Source: Octopus sinensis (taxonomy: Eukaryota). Taken from it: DNA of 64,000 nt. Both the position numbers and the translations under genes were made by a program. Under the pieces are notes generated by a model. It was not told the DNA's origin and ran no database searches. It worked only from the letters and a program-made list of their open reading frames with translations. The number at the start of each line of letters is the position of its first letter. Position 1 is the stretch's first letter. Positions 36,948 to 50,129 of this stretch are shown in pieces. The stretch covers positions 26,908,001 to 26,972,000 of the forward strand of contig NC_043004.1 of assembly GCF_006345805.1 (NCBI RefSeq). The letters are read 5' to 3'.

Positions 36948-38500
36948 CGCCATTGCAAAACCCTTGACACTGGATACATACACGCACACATGCCATTGCA
37001 AAACCCTTGACACTGGTTATATACACACACACATGCCGTTGCAAAACCCTTGACACTGGTTACATACATACACACATGCCATTGCAAAACCCTTGACACT
37101 GCTTACATACACGCACACATGCCGTTGCAAAACCCTTGACACTGGTTAAATACACGCACACATGCCATTGCAAAACCCTTGACACTGGCTACATACACAC
37201 ACACATGCCATTGCAAAACCCTTGACACTGGTTACATACACGCACGCATGCCGTTGCAAAACCCTTCACACTGGTTACATACACGCACACATGCCGTTGC
37301 AAAACCCTTGACACTGGTTATGTACACGAACACATGCCGTTGCAAAACCCTTGACACTGGTTACATACACACACACATGCCGTTGCAAAACCCTTGACAC
37401 TGGTTACATACACGCACACATGCCATTGCAAAACCCTTGACACTTGTTATATACACGCACACATGCCATTGCAAAACCCTTGACACTGGTTACATACACG
37501 CACACATGCCATTGCAAAACCCTTGACACTGGTTACATACACGCACACATGCCATTGCAAAACCCTTGACACTGGTTACATACACGCACACATGCCGTTG
37601 CAAAACCCTTGACACTGGTTACATACATGCACACATGCCATTGCAAAACCCTTGACACTGGTTACATACATGCACACATGCCGTTGCAAAACCCTTGACA
37701 CTGGTTACATATATGCACACATGCTGTTGCAAAACCCTTGACACTGGTTACATACACACATGCATGCCGTTGTAAAACCCTTGACACTGGTTACATACAT
37801 GCACACATGCCGTTGCAAAACCCTTGACACTGGTTACATACATGCACACATGCCATTGCAAAACCCTTGACACTGGTTACATACACGCACACATGCCGTT
37901 GCAAAACCCTTGACACTGGTTACATATATGCACACATGCTGTTGCAAAACCCTTGACACTGGTTACATACACACACACATGCCGTTGCAAAACCCTTGAC
38001 ACTGGTTACATACACGCACGCATGCCGTTGTAAAACCCTTGACACTGGTTACATGCATGCACACATGCCGTTGCAAAACCCTTGACACTGGTTACATACA
38101 CGCACACATGCCGTTGCAAAACCCTTGACACTGGTTACATACACGCACACATGCCGTTTTATAAACCCTTGACACTGGTTACATACATGCACACATGCTG
38201 TTGCAAAACCCTTGACACTGGTTACATACACGCACACATGCCGTTGCAAAAGCCTTGACACTGGTTACATACATGCACACATGCCGTTGCAAAACCCTTG
38301 ACACTGGTTACATACACGCACACATGCCGTTGCAAAACTCTTGACACTGGTTACATACGCGCACACATGCCATTGCAAAACCATTGACACTGGTTACATA
38401 CACGCACACATGCCGTTGCAAAACTCTTGACACTGGTTACATACATGCACACATGCCGTTGCAAAACCCTTGACACTGGTTACATACACACACACACACA
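36948..38500. repeat. 43-bp satellite/minisatellite, about 36 copies
   Basis: Unit CATGCC(G/A)TTGCAAAACCCTTGACACTGGTTACATACAC(G/A)CACA; period confirmed at 37505 to 37548. Confidence 0.98.
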
Positions 38501-39644
38501 TATGTTTATAATTAGTGTAACACCTAAATATCATTGTTCATTACATAATCACTAGTTGCTTCTGTTTTATTTTATATCTCTACCTGGGGACCTTTAGTCA
38601 TTTTATGATGTTTGCTCTACTTTAATCGTCAAGAATATCAAATGATTAAAAAATAAATTACGAAAAATAAATTTTAAAATTAATAACTGCAACAACAACA
38701 ACAACAACAACAACAACAAAATCTATTTTCATTTGCTTCCTACAATAGCACCACATAAAAACAGATAATAGCTATCATTGTTCTCTAGAAGGTTACTTTT
38801 GTTCTGTATCTTTTGTTCTCTTTTATTTATTTCCTTTTCGTGTAGAATGGTGGGTAGGGGATAGGATGTGGTGGTGGTGGTGGCAGTGATGGCAGTGGTG
38901 ATTGTATCACTGGTGCAGGTAATAGTGGACTGGGAAAGGAGGTATAAAATTTAATTGCCAGTGACAAGACTACATCAAAATTTCATGTTTCACTTTAACT
39001 AAAATAATAGAATGGAGAAGGATATGGAGAGAAGTGGTGGGGCAATTGCATAAACTTATTGGGAAAAATGAGAAATGAAGGAGGATATGATGAAGGAAAA
39101 ATTAAATAATAATTGATAAAATGGCAAAAGAAAGATCACAAAATTATATGTGAGACATTGATGGTTCTCATTAAGAGAAAAAAATTGCTGAACCATTAGT
39201 TGGCATTGTCGTGAGTTACATGGAATATAAGATGTAGGGTGTTCTACAGGGTAGAATGGATGGCATTGGAAAGTGAGAGGCAAGATCCTCCTGTCGTTGT
39301 TGTTGTTGTTGTTGTTGCTCCATATATAATAGCAGAGAGTATGGGATGGAAGAGAAAGGTAGATCTTCCTTTTGCTACTTCTCATATACAGTAGTTGTTT
39401 ATTATTATTATGCCTCCGTACATGTGTGTGTGTGTATGCATGTGTGTGTGTGTGCATGTGTGTGTATGTGCGCATGTATGTGTGTGTGTGTGTGGTGTGT
39501 GTGTGTGTGTGTGCATGTGTGCGCATGTGTATATCATCAATAATATTAATACACTAACTTTTTGTTTTTCTATGTACCTCTTGTGTGTGCCACACTTACT
39601 TCAAAGAAGTGGCAAAGTGAGAGAGAGGAGGACAGAGAGGAAGT

Positions 39645-39778
39645 AAGAGAGAGAGAGAGAGAGAAAAAGTCTGAGGGAGAAAGATAGGGAGTGAGAGAGA
39701 AAGAGAGAGAGATTGAAAGAGACAGTGGGTGGTGTTGGCGTTTGTTTTGTGTTTTTAAATGTTTCAGAGTAGAAGTAG

Positions 39779-39837
<59 letters not shown>

Positions 39838-39975
39838 TGAAGAAACAGTGAGTGGTGACGGTGTTGGTTTTGTGTTTTTAAATGTTTCAGAAAGGACGTA
39901 AGAGAGAAAGAAAGAGAGAGTGAAAGAGACGGTTAGTGGTGACAGAGTTTGTTTTGTGTTTTTAAATGTTTATCA
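39645..39975. repeat. (GA)n tract with a triplicated unit containing GTTTTGTGTTTTTAAATGTTT
   Basis: Motif at about 39744, 39866 and 39951. Confidence 0.85.
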
Positions 39976-40689
39976 CAGTCGCAAGAGAAGTAGATACATA
40001 GATACATATACATATTGTTAAATCAAAAGCTGGAGAGAAGAGGGACACAAAGGAAGTGAAAGAGAAAGAGAGAAAGTGGGAGAGACTGTAGATACATAAA
40101 TCCAAAGCATAAGTTCATACATAGATACATACACATAGCAAATATTGGATGTCAATTTCACTTTTCATTACCACACGAGGATAAAATTAACTCATGAATG
40201 GTTGAGTACTCCACAGACATGCATAACATTAATGTAGTTCTGAAGGAGATTCAGCCTCACACAGAATATGACAAAGCTGACCCCTTTGCATTACAGCTAC
40301 AACTTGAGACATATATATGAATGTATTTGAGTGTGTGTGTGTATAGTTTAGGTTAGTTAAAACATGTTTGCAATAATAAGTGTTGCGCAGTGGAAATAAA
40401 TGCAATTGCCAAACTTTCATTTGTAAATCCATTTATTTCGTTCTTTTACATTTCAATTTGTGAATTAAGGTTCATTGAATATGTACGATGTATTTTAATG
40501 TTAAATAGTAATTCTGTTTATGTTTGTGTAACCGAGATATTTTAGTTGGATTTTATAGTCATTGGTGTTACATTACTTTCTATATTCTGTAATTGTTGCA
40601 ATCTACTTTTCTAGGCCTGAATTTTTTGTTGGCAGGGGCCAGTTGATTAGATCGACCCAGTACACAACTGATACTTAATTTATCCAGCA

Positions 40690-41010
40690 GCGCCTATTAC
40701 CTTCATTCCTCTCCAGCCTTTGCATGTCTGCCACAGTCAGAGCTCATGTTGCACTACCATGTAACATAGCTGTTCTCACACATGCATCAAACAACCTACC
40801 TTTCACTCTGAAAGAGACTCTTTTTGTTGCCAACAGTGGTAGTAGTTCTCTGAACTTCCTCCAGCCTATTCTTATTCTAGAAACAATACTTTCAGAGCAT
40901 CCATCACCGTTACTAATTTGGTCACCTAAAAAGCAGAAACTATTTACTACCTCAAGAGAGCCTCCTGGGCATTTGAGAGAGCTTAAGTCCCTCATGACCT
41001 TAGTACATAT
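40690..41010 (-). mobile_element. RTE fragment
   Basis: SLEVVNSFCFLGDQISNGDGCSESIVSRIRIGWRKFRELLPLL...MLHGSAT. Confidence 0.9.
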
Positions 41011-41499
41011 ATGACAAACTTCTTTCGGTTTTTGTGATGGTTAGAGACAGACTGGAGGCAAATGTAGCAAGTGATAGTGAGAGATATAAGCATAGCTCAT
41101 GGGCCAGGGTTGGGTTGGGCTACAGTAGAGATATAATGGCATTGAGAGGGATAGAAGATATGAGAAGTATTAAGGATGTAGTATAGCAGAGGGAACAGAG
41201 AACAATGGCTGCAGGCACAGAGAGAAGGTGATTAATAGAAATAGTGAGCAGGGAAGGTAGTGAGAAATAGATATGGTTCCAAGGGAGAGAGAAGCTAAGT
41301 AACCAAAAGAAAACAGATGTAGTATGTAACTATTCCACTCTCAGGTGACTGCAGCAGCCAAGTTGAGCCAAAGATTAAGAAGTGATGAGTGTTATAGGAT
41401 AAAATGGGGGGGGGGAAAAGCTTAACAAGGCAGAGTGAGCAGATGTGGAGCAGAACCCCACACATATAAGCATTACCAAGGAGGGTTTAGGCTATCATT

Positions 41500-43400
41500 T
41501 CTGCTGTGGTGAATGGGTCTTCTTGAGTGCAGTAAATCCAAATCATCTTGGCCTTATGTCATCTTCTTTGTAAAGGTCAGCATCTTTAAATGGTCTTCAA
41601 TATTTCATCCCATGTCTTTCTGGGTCTCCCTCTTCCACAAATTCCATCTATTTTAAGTGATTGGCACGTTTTTATGCAACTGTCCTCATTCATATGCATC
41701 ACATGACCAAACCAGCACAGTCTTCCCTTTTGCACACTAATTTCTCTTATGCCTAACTTTCTTTCAATATGCTAGCACATTGTTGTGCATGCACATGACA
41801 TTGCACATGCAGTGGAGGATACTAGCTTCATTCCTCTCGAGTTGTCACATGTCCTCTGCATTGAGGGCCCATGTCACTTCCATGTAGCATTGCTCTTTGT
41901 ACCCAAGCATCATTCAATCTTCTTTTCACTCAGAGGGAAAGAGCTTTTGTTGCCAACAGAGGTAAAAAAATCTCTGAATTCTCTCCATCCTATACTTATT
42001 CTAGCAACTTACACTTTCAGAACATCCTCTCCCACTGCTAATTAGGTCACCTAGTCAACAGAAATTATCTACAACCTCTAAAGAACCTCCAGGGCATTTG
42101 TGAAAAACAATTTCCTGTGTATCTGTAAACTTTATGGCTACAGTGCATCATCCACACACAAACACCACTTTCACCATTAACCTTCCTGCAATTCCACTGC
42201 ACCTCTTCCGTGTCCACAGCTTACACTGTGTACAGTGAATGGAATTCCTGCTTGCACCTTTCCTATATATCAAACAGGACCATTTAGCTGAGTTGGGTAG
42301 AGTTTTGTTCATTTTCTTGCTTACTAGAACTTTGGTCTTTACTAAGGTGTTTTGATTCTAAGATCATCAGCATATAGTAGTTTCCAGAGGCAGCTAGTCT
42401 TTAATTTTTCTGTTGTAGCCTGGAGAACAATGATGAGTAGGAGGAGATTAGAACTGAGCCCTGGTAAATGTTTATTTGTATACTGAATTCGTCACTGTAC
42501 TTTTGGTTAAGTCTGACTTTACTCACATCACCTCTCTACATGACCTATACTGCTTTCACAAGCTATTTGTCTATCCCTAACTTCTTTAAAAACCACCAAA
42601 TCACAGAGTGGGGTACTCTGTTGCTAAATACAATGGTTTATTCTTAGCTAAAGCTTCTCCTGAAGTTGTCTGACTAAGAAGATAACATCAGTAGTACAAA
42701 ACTGAACTGCTTTTCATCTGGCCTAATTGTGTTTCTAATGAATTGGGCTATTTCCTTCTCTGTAACTTTCATGACCAAGTCCAGAAATTTGATACCACTG
42801 TAATTATTTTTATCTAAAGCTCTTCATTACTCTTGTAGCAGTTGATTATAATACGCAAGTAATTGAGTTGATGCACTATAAAAGCTGTTGAAAGGAAGAC
42901 ACTGAAATGGTGCATATTCTCCCCTAATGACTCCCGAAATCTTCTGGCACCTGGTGTTTGGAGTTTTTAACTGACTGCATTTGCACTAGCAAGTTGCTTC
43001 TGCATCTCTACAGTTGACTATACCATGTCCTACTGCACTACATATTTCAAACATCTTAGTTGTGATTTCTGATCAACTAGAAGCTTCCTTTGTCTTTATA
43101 GTCTTAATTGCCTTTCTATGATATTAATGTCAGCTAAGATTGCCAGTTCCACTCTGGGATTCATATTGGGAACACTTCCTTTCTCCACATTTAAGGACTT
43201 TTCTTAGTAGCACTTCCATACCTCTTTTTACTTTCCAGAGTCACAGAGTGGAAGCATACCTTTATCCATCCATACGCTCTTCTCTCCCACAGCATCTTGA
43301 TTCTGTCTGATACTCTGTCTAACAATCTAGAACACCTCAAATCCCTAAATCTTTATGCTGTAAGACATTGGCAAACCTCCTCTTTTCTGCTTCTATCCTT
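41500..43400 (-). mobile_element. RTE LINE fragment (pre-RT to C-terminus), decayed
   Basis: Homologous along its length to 11180-12440 and 22600-23630 (e.g. CTTTTGTTGCCAACAGAGGTAA, CTGAGCCCTGGTAAA). Confidence 0.85.
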
Positions 43401-43789
43401 ACTAGATAAACTTGTCACCTAAATTTCCTTCTACTTACCAGATGTTGTTCTTTCCTGCCTTCATTTTCCAAATCATTCTCAGCCCATCTCTTCAATTTAA
43501 TGACCCCCCACCCCACCCGTGTGTGTGTGTTTATATATACATATATATGTATGTTAAAAAGATGATGATGATGACTAAGCATGTTTGTGTATGTGTACAT
43601 GTAGTAATGTAACTGCTAATTTAATGATTGTCTGCCATGCAGATAATATCTCAAAGTGATTAATGTCAGTGATTTATTAATTCAAATATGCTAATTATCT
43701 ATGCCTACTCATGCATAATATTGTACATCTTTTAGTGGTTATACATTCACCACTTCAGCTCTATACTGTAATCTATATTTCACCATCTA

Positions 43790-44050
43790 CAGCAGGGGTA
43801 CCCAATATGTTGATTGCAAGCTACCAGTCGATTGCAAAGGCAATGTGGATAGATCGCATGGCATTAAAAAAACAAAGGCGTCAGACTATCATCCATCACT
43901 ATGAAATTTGTCACTTGATTGACACGCAGAGCAGCTAGTCTGACATCTGACCTTTTCTGACACATGCATCACCACGCTAAGTGCTGCAAAGCCTTCGCAA
44001 GCTATCAAGTTGCCTAGTTAGCTACCAATTTATTTCTTTTAAATTTAAAA
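43790..44050 (+). mobile_element. hAT/Charlie-like element left end
   Basis: Begins CAGGGGTACCCAA followed by TTGATTGCAAGCTACCAGTCGATTGC, the GATCGC-repeat subterminal pattern of hAT MITEs. Confidence 0.55.
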
Positions 44051-44304
44051 AAGGGCGTAAAAAGGAGTGGGGGAGCTGGACCAAGTAAGAAACCAAAAAT
44101 CTACAACTTCCATACGGAATGGGAGGAGGACTTTTTTTTCATGATGTCATATTCAAAATGCATTCGCCTCATCTGCCAGTCTACCATTGCTATTCCAAAG
44201 AAGGGAAATGTTGAGCAGCATTTTTGGACTGATCATAAAAACTATGACATTGATTCCCCTCTGAAAAGCGAACAGAGAAAGAGAAATGTGAAGGAACTAA
44301 AATC

Positions 44305-44730
44305 CTAGTTGTCCGGACAGCAGTCATTTTTCACACTGCTAACTACAAAAGCATCGTTCCGTGTGAATCTCTGGCCTCTCCCTTCGATGCTTCTACAGAA
44401 GTCCTTAAGGTGGATCAGTCATGCAGCCTGGCGTACAGAGGGTGAACTGATTTGTGATGTCCTGCTCCCACCTCCACTTCCCAACTGGCGCAATCGCACG
44501 GGCAAGCAGCTGAAGACCTGGGCAACGATGATAAAGGAGGACCTCTCTGAACTCTCAGGTCTACAGGTGGTTGGTCTGTGCAGATGGAACTGCGAATGGC
44601 TCGCTATCTCCAGTGACTGCGCACAAGACCATTGAATGTAGGCTGCCATGGTTCATGATGCCATCAGGACTAGAGTAGAAGCCAGCTCAACTTGCCCTGA
44701 GTGAATGCCATCACAAGTACAAGTAAAAGT
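44305..44730 (+). mobile_element. RTE-clade LINE 3' end, second family with CAAGTA tail
   Basis: PNWRNRTGKQLKTWATMIKEDL; ends CACAAGTACAAGTAAAAGTAA. Confidence 0.7.
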
Positions 44731-44874
44731 AATCTGGTTTCTAACCTAGATCCAAAGCTCCTTCATTGGAATTCCAACAACAGGGTATTTTGTATGTATG
44801 TATATGTGCAGATTTGTATGTTTTGTTTTATGTATGTATTCTCATGCATATAGCTGCATATCTAGACATGCTTA

Positions 44875-45690
44875 TATCTATTTAAATGATGAACTTTTGT
44901 TAAGTTTTACAGATTTTTAGAGTTCCAGTGATGGCCTGGATCTGTAGTTTTGAATCAGCTTTCTTCTTTCTGGTTTTGAGAAGCTTAATTTCTCAAGATT
45001 GGTATTTAGGCAGTGCATTACATATCCCAGAGCTCAAATAATTACAGGTATAAACTTGAACTTGTAATCTGTATTTCTTGTAATCTGCAGATTTCTCAAT
45101 AGTTCAGAGTAGGTATTCTCTTTATCACTGATCTTTAGCTTTATACTAACATCCATTGGGAAGCTGTTTTCCACAACTGTACACAGTTTCTCTTCTCTAT
45201 CTTAAATCATTTATGTCAGGTCTGTTACGTTTACATTTTATTGGGGTTTTCACTGGGACATTCCACCAGTGCTCCTTTTTATTATGAGTGACTAGGATTT
45301 CCACCATACTGTACATTCTTATTGCTTAGTCTTTGGGATTATCCTTCTGACGGATCTCGTCATATAGTGTTCTAGCTACAAATGATGACATTTTTGGACA
45401 ACTGCTTATGAGGCAGGTGATATTTTTGATGTTAACTCCACAAAGTCTGCATCAGATGTTACATTTTGCTGCTTTACCTGCATTGCTGTCCCTTTTGTGC
45501 ATCAGGTATTTGATTAATATTTCTTGTTCTCGGATTGCAAACGCATACTCTTCAAAGCGGGGTGTAGTAATCTGGCAATTGGTCCATGATCAATGTGACT
45601 ATCATCACAAAGGTTTCTACTAACATATCCATGCATAGTCTTCTGTTCATATAGACTCATCCGTTCATCTGATGATACATTGTAGTAAAG
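44875..45690 (-). mobile_element. REL-endonuclease non-LTR element 3' fragment (R4-like, divergent family)
   Basis: FAIREQEILIKYL...CRLCGVNIKNITCLISSCP...WWNVPVK...NRPDI...FIPVII.ALGYV...QAITGTLKICK. Confidence 0.75.
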
Positions 45691-45714
45691 CCAGGTGATT
45701 TCTTTGGACAAGCA

Positions 45715-45915
45715 AGAGCGGCTGTGTGGTAAGAAGCTTGCTTCCCAACCACATGGTTCCAGGTTCAGTCCCACTGTGTAGCATCTTGGGCAAATGTCTT
45801 CTACTATAGTCTTGGGCTAACCAAAGCCTTGTGAGTGGATTTGGTAGACAGAAACTGGAAGAATCCGATCGTGTATATATATATATATTTATATATATAT
45901 ATATATATATAAAAT
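45715..45915 (+). mobile_element. SINE family A, 5' half up to its internal (TA)n
   Basis: GGCTGTGTGGTAAGAAGCTTGCTTCCCAACCACATGGTTCCAGGTTCAGTCCC...GATTTGGTAGACAGAAACTG. Confidence 0.9.
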
Positions 45916-45959
45916 ATGTATGTATGAAAATAATGTGCTTTGAAAGGCACAACGATGCA

Positions 45960-48240
45960 CTATAATAATAACAATGGACTATAATAACTGTTATAATTTA
46001 ATTCATCCATAGTCTGATATAATATTTTGGAATATAAAAATTCCTTCTTCAGATATCTCTAGGAATTGATCGAGTCACTGCTATAATCGGTTTTCCTTTT
46101 TTTTTCCAGAAGCATTTCTCTGGTGGTCTCACAAAGTTTCTTCTGGAATTCCTCATGAGAAGTGTGTGAGGGCAGCTCATGTGTGCTGGCACATCCGTAG
46201 CGCTGCTTCTAAGTTATGTATTATACGAGCGGTTTCCTTTTTTTCTTTCTATTTTTGTTATAAATAATACATGAGCATGTTATCAAAAATGAACCTACAT
46301 GCATCCTGATGTAGCTAAATAATATATTGACTGCCTACCTCCAGCCTGTTGTTAATTTGGGGCCCTAGTCTGTTTATGAGGATAGCTTCCTTAATTCTTA
46401 GATTACCCAAATTTCTTTCATTGGCCTCAATTGTGACTGTTATGCTTTTGTCGGTGTTCCAGCATCTGTCTAGTTTTTTGAAGGAAGAGTCTCTCATGTT
46501 CAGATGTTCTTTGATGAGAAAGTGTAATGGTCTTGCTGTGCTACCCACATAGAACTTGTTGCATTTGTTACATTGTATTCTATACACAACATTTAGCCAT
46601 TGGCATAAATCTGTTTGCTAGTGTGCATTGATTGCTGTCCCTTGCTCGTTTCTTTGTGAAGTATCTTTTCAGAGAAGGGCTGGAGTGGGCTAGTTGTATG
46701 TCTAGTCCTTCCCTTCTTATGGCTCTTCAGATGGCTGTAGTTACCCTCTTGCAAAAATGGGGTATTTTAAGGAAACATGTGTTGCTGGGTTTTCTGTATG
46801 TTCAGCTTGTTGGTTGTCTTGGGTACTTAAGCCGATTTACAATCGATGTAGGGTACCTGTTGGTTTTCAATATGTTAGGAAGTGTGTAGTGTGGGTCACC
46901 TTATCTTCTGTTCTGCTGCACTTGCTCTGGATGCATGCAAGCTCAATTCTGGCGTATCCTATTTTGGCACCGAGTGGAAGTGCTGAACTGTACTGGACAA
47001 ACACATCTCTACTGGCTGCTTTCCTCAGTGTGGATCTCTTCTCTTCCATTATTTTCAGTTGGATCTCTTCTTCTTCCATCATTTTTAGTAGGAAGTCAAG
47101 AAGCGATAGTGAGCCAGTGTTGTTAGGATGTTCTATAGTGAACTGTATGTTTATGTCCATGTCGTTGAACATCGTGAATATTCTGTCAGCCTCTTCACGG
47201 GAGGACGCGAATATGAGGATGCCATCTATGTACCTGGTGAAGAAGGCACATGAGCGGCAGATGTTGAGTGCTCGACATTCCAGATGGTTCATATAGGTGA
47301 TGGCTAGTAGGCATGAGAGACTGGATCCCATGGGGAGACCTGTTGGATGTTTGTATATGTGGTCATGGAAAGAGAAGTAGGTGTTGTCCACGATAATGGA
47401 CAAAAGTTCATGTATATCAGCTGTGGTAAGTCCGAAGTAGTGGATGTCGGACACTACTATGCAGTCTGTCAATAGGTTGACTGACAAGTGTGTTGGCACT
47501 GTTGAGACAACATCAAGACTAAAGGCTTATCTGTTTTGCTGGAATTGGTCTGGGGGCAGTTGGCACAATCTTTTGATGACTTCCTTGGTGTTTTTGATGT
47601 GTCAAAGAAAGGTGGAGAGTATGGGTTTCAGGATGTGAGAAAGTAGCCAGGATATTTTATATAGAGGTCCTTCCACACTGGAGACGATGGGTCTAAGCTG
47701 GATCGTGTTGCTATTCTTGTGTGTTTTAATGAGATGATAGAATCTGGGTAATCTGTTCTTGTATTTATCTCCGTCTGCAAATGTCCATCCATGCGGTGCC
47801 AATTCAATCCTCAATCCTGGTTGCGGTTGTATCTGTCACTTCAGAATATAGTCTGTCATGGCTTTAATATTCTAGTTCCAGTCTATCATATATTTCACTA
47901 GAAATCACGCAGATTTCTTTCCCTTTATCTGATGCTAAGTAGATAAGGTTTTTGTTTTTTTAGTTTTGTCACTGTTTTATGTTGTACCTTGGTTAAGTTT
48001 GATATTATTTTCGATTCCTTCCTTAAGATGTTGGAGATAGACTGTTTCAGTCTGAATAGTTTGTGGTTGAGTTCTCGGAGTGGTGGTTTAGTTGGTGCAT
48101 GGGAAATTTGCCAGCCGAGTGGGCTGTTGTTGTTCTTTATCACTGATAACCGTTTGAGTTGGTAGGCTGTTCAACAAAAGTTGGTTTCCAGGTCGAATAA
48201 GATTTTCTTGTTCATCTGTTGGCTCAAAATAAATTTGTAT
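45960..48240 (-). mobile_element. Penelope-like element (RT + GIY-YIG), near-complete ORF remnant
   Basis: LPRFYHLIKTHK...LRPIVSS; GLPMGSSLS; RYIDGILIF (catalytic YxDD mutated to YIDG); YRIQCNKCNKFYVGST.RPL..IKEH...IKEAILI. Confidence 0.93.
46016..46057 (-). ncRNA. minimal type I hammerhead ribozyme motif, G12 changed to A (likely inactive)
   Basis: - strand GAUAU CUGAAGA A GGAAU uuuuau AUUCC AAAA UAU U AUAUC: perfect stem I and stem II, palindromic AUAU stem III; about 260 nt downstream of the PLE stop. Confidence 0.65.
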
Positions 48241-48455
48241 TTGTGTATTTGTGTTTATCCCCACTGCCCCGCCACCATCACTTGACAACCAATGTTGGTG
48301 TGTTTACATTCCTGTAATTAATCAGTCTGGCAAAAGCGTCTGATAAAATAAGTACTAGGCTTCCAAAGAATAAGTCCTGGAGTCAATTTGTTCAACTAAA
48401 GGCAGTGCTCCATGGCCACAGTCAAATGACTGAAACAAGTAAAAAAATATAAGAA
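48241..48455 (+). mobile_element. SINE family A, 3' half
   Basis: CTTGACAACCAATGTTGGTGTGTTTAC...AAGAATAAGTCC...CAGTCAAATGACTGAAACAAGTAAAA matches 60505-60700. Confidence 0.9.
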
Positions 48456-48814
48456 TGTATTTAAGGTTATAAGACAAGAAATGCTGCTCAAAGTCTTAAG
48501 TGGTTATCAGCCTCATGTATGTAAACTTGGTCAAGGGATGCACTTCAACACTTAGTAGTTAAAAGATGTTGCCGAAGGGATATGATACGACATTCAAAAG
48601 TAGTTTGGATGAATGTTAAGATTCTGCCACCTTGTTTTCATTTTAGGCAAAAGCAGTCTACATCATAGTTGATGTGGAAATTATGTGTGCTGATTTGTAT
48701 CTTCCGGGTTTTCACATCAATGGCCCAGATCTCATCAAGCGTCTAGTCAAGCAGCCCAAATGTTGGTATGAGTACTGGCACTGCAAACACATTGTGGGCC
48801 ACTGTATGTATGCA

Positions 48815-48858
<44 letters not shown>

Positions 48859-49772
48859 TGTGTGTGTTTGTGTGTGTGTGTGTATGCATTTATGTATAAT
48901 CATGTTTTATTCTTTGAGCGGATTTTGTTGTTTGGACTGTGGTCATGTTGATGTATAAACTCAAAGGGATGTAGCTACCCACATCTAGATTTGGCTTTCA
49001 GTGGAAAATATTAGAATGGAAAGATAAAATCCAACTTTGCATGTAAGGAGATAATACTGACTGAAGTATATACCAGATGGTATTTTTTATTTTATGTAGC
49101 TGTCATTAATCCATTGAGCTACAAAAACCCACGCACAAGACTTTGTTTATCCCCTTTGCCTTTCCATAATATCATGAAATCAATAAGACACATGGTTTGG
49201 GGTAGCCACAGTCTACTGAACTCATGCTTATTTATTTTTTTTCAATCTCTTTACTATTTTTCTAATTGAATAAGATACCCCTCCCCAGCCATTAAAAAAT
49301 GTCAGCTTATTGATTTCTTAACCTAAAATTGAACTGTGAAATAGGAGGAAGCTTGAAATGTTGTTATCTTTAGTAAATTTGCTCTAAGATTTAAATGTAA
49401 AAGTCTGATAAATACCTTGGCATGATTAAATCTCCATGGTTTGTCATACGAAACACATCTGAGAACAAAATATATTTCAGTGATACCTGCTGGTATTTCA
49501 GTGATTTTTTTTATTGATAATTCTTTAGTTTTGAATGTACACACACCTCACTTATACTCATACGCATATATATATATTTATGTACATGCCTTTCCAAGAT
49601 GCCTTCCCAAGACTAATTTTCACAAGCATGTGGAATAATCAGTTAAATTCACATGAGTACTTAACATTTTGTTGACCTTGGAGCAACAAAGGGAAAATTA
49701 AATCCCTCAAAAACTGAACTTAGGCATATAAATTAAAACAAATTAAATGGTATGCTATTAAACAGGTCACTG

Positions 49773-49828
<56 letters not shown>

Positions 49829-49964
49829 ATCTATCTATCTGTTAACCTATCTATCTCTGGATGAGAAATATATTATTTATCTTTTGATATGCTGCATATA
49901 AAACAAGAGTTATTTGTTTCAATGTATCAATAACCAATCTCATCACAAATAGTTATTATACTGA

Positions 49965-50115
49965 GGTGTAGGTATGGCTATATGATTAAGAAATGTGCTT
50001 CCCAACCACTTAAGTTTTGGCTTCAGACCCATTGCCTGGCACCTTGGGCTCATAGCTCTTGGTCAAACAAAGCCTTGTGAGTGGATTTGTAAACAGAATT
50101 TGAAAGAAGCCTGTA
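49965..50115 (+). mobile_element. SINE family A, 5' half (diverged)
   Basis: GCTTCCCAACCAC...GGCACCTTGGGC...AAAGCCTTGTGAGTGGATTTG...GAAAGAAGCCTG. Confidence 0.8.
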
Positions 50116-50129
50116 AAGAAACATTGAAG

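Noticed and set aside
36948-38500. CRISPR-like look (constant core plus variable segment)
   Set aside because: The variable parts are about 12-nt near-identical CA-rich variants, not unique spacers; no cas genes; eukaryotic context.
39645-39975. Triplicated TTTTAAATGTTTCAG as tandem splice acceptors
   Set aside because: Embedded in (GA)n and best explained by local slippage duplication; no open exon follows.
43441-43500. - strand CTG|GTAAGT donor preceded by RWAENDLENEGRKEQHL
   Set aside because: No pyrimidine-rich acceptor upstream, and it lies at the edge of an RTE fragment.
46867-47499. 210-aa ORF as a functional reverse transcriptase
   Set aside because: The catalytic motif reads YIDG and the ORF is broken by stops and frameshifts on both sides; a dead PLE copy.
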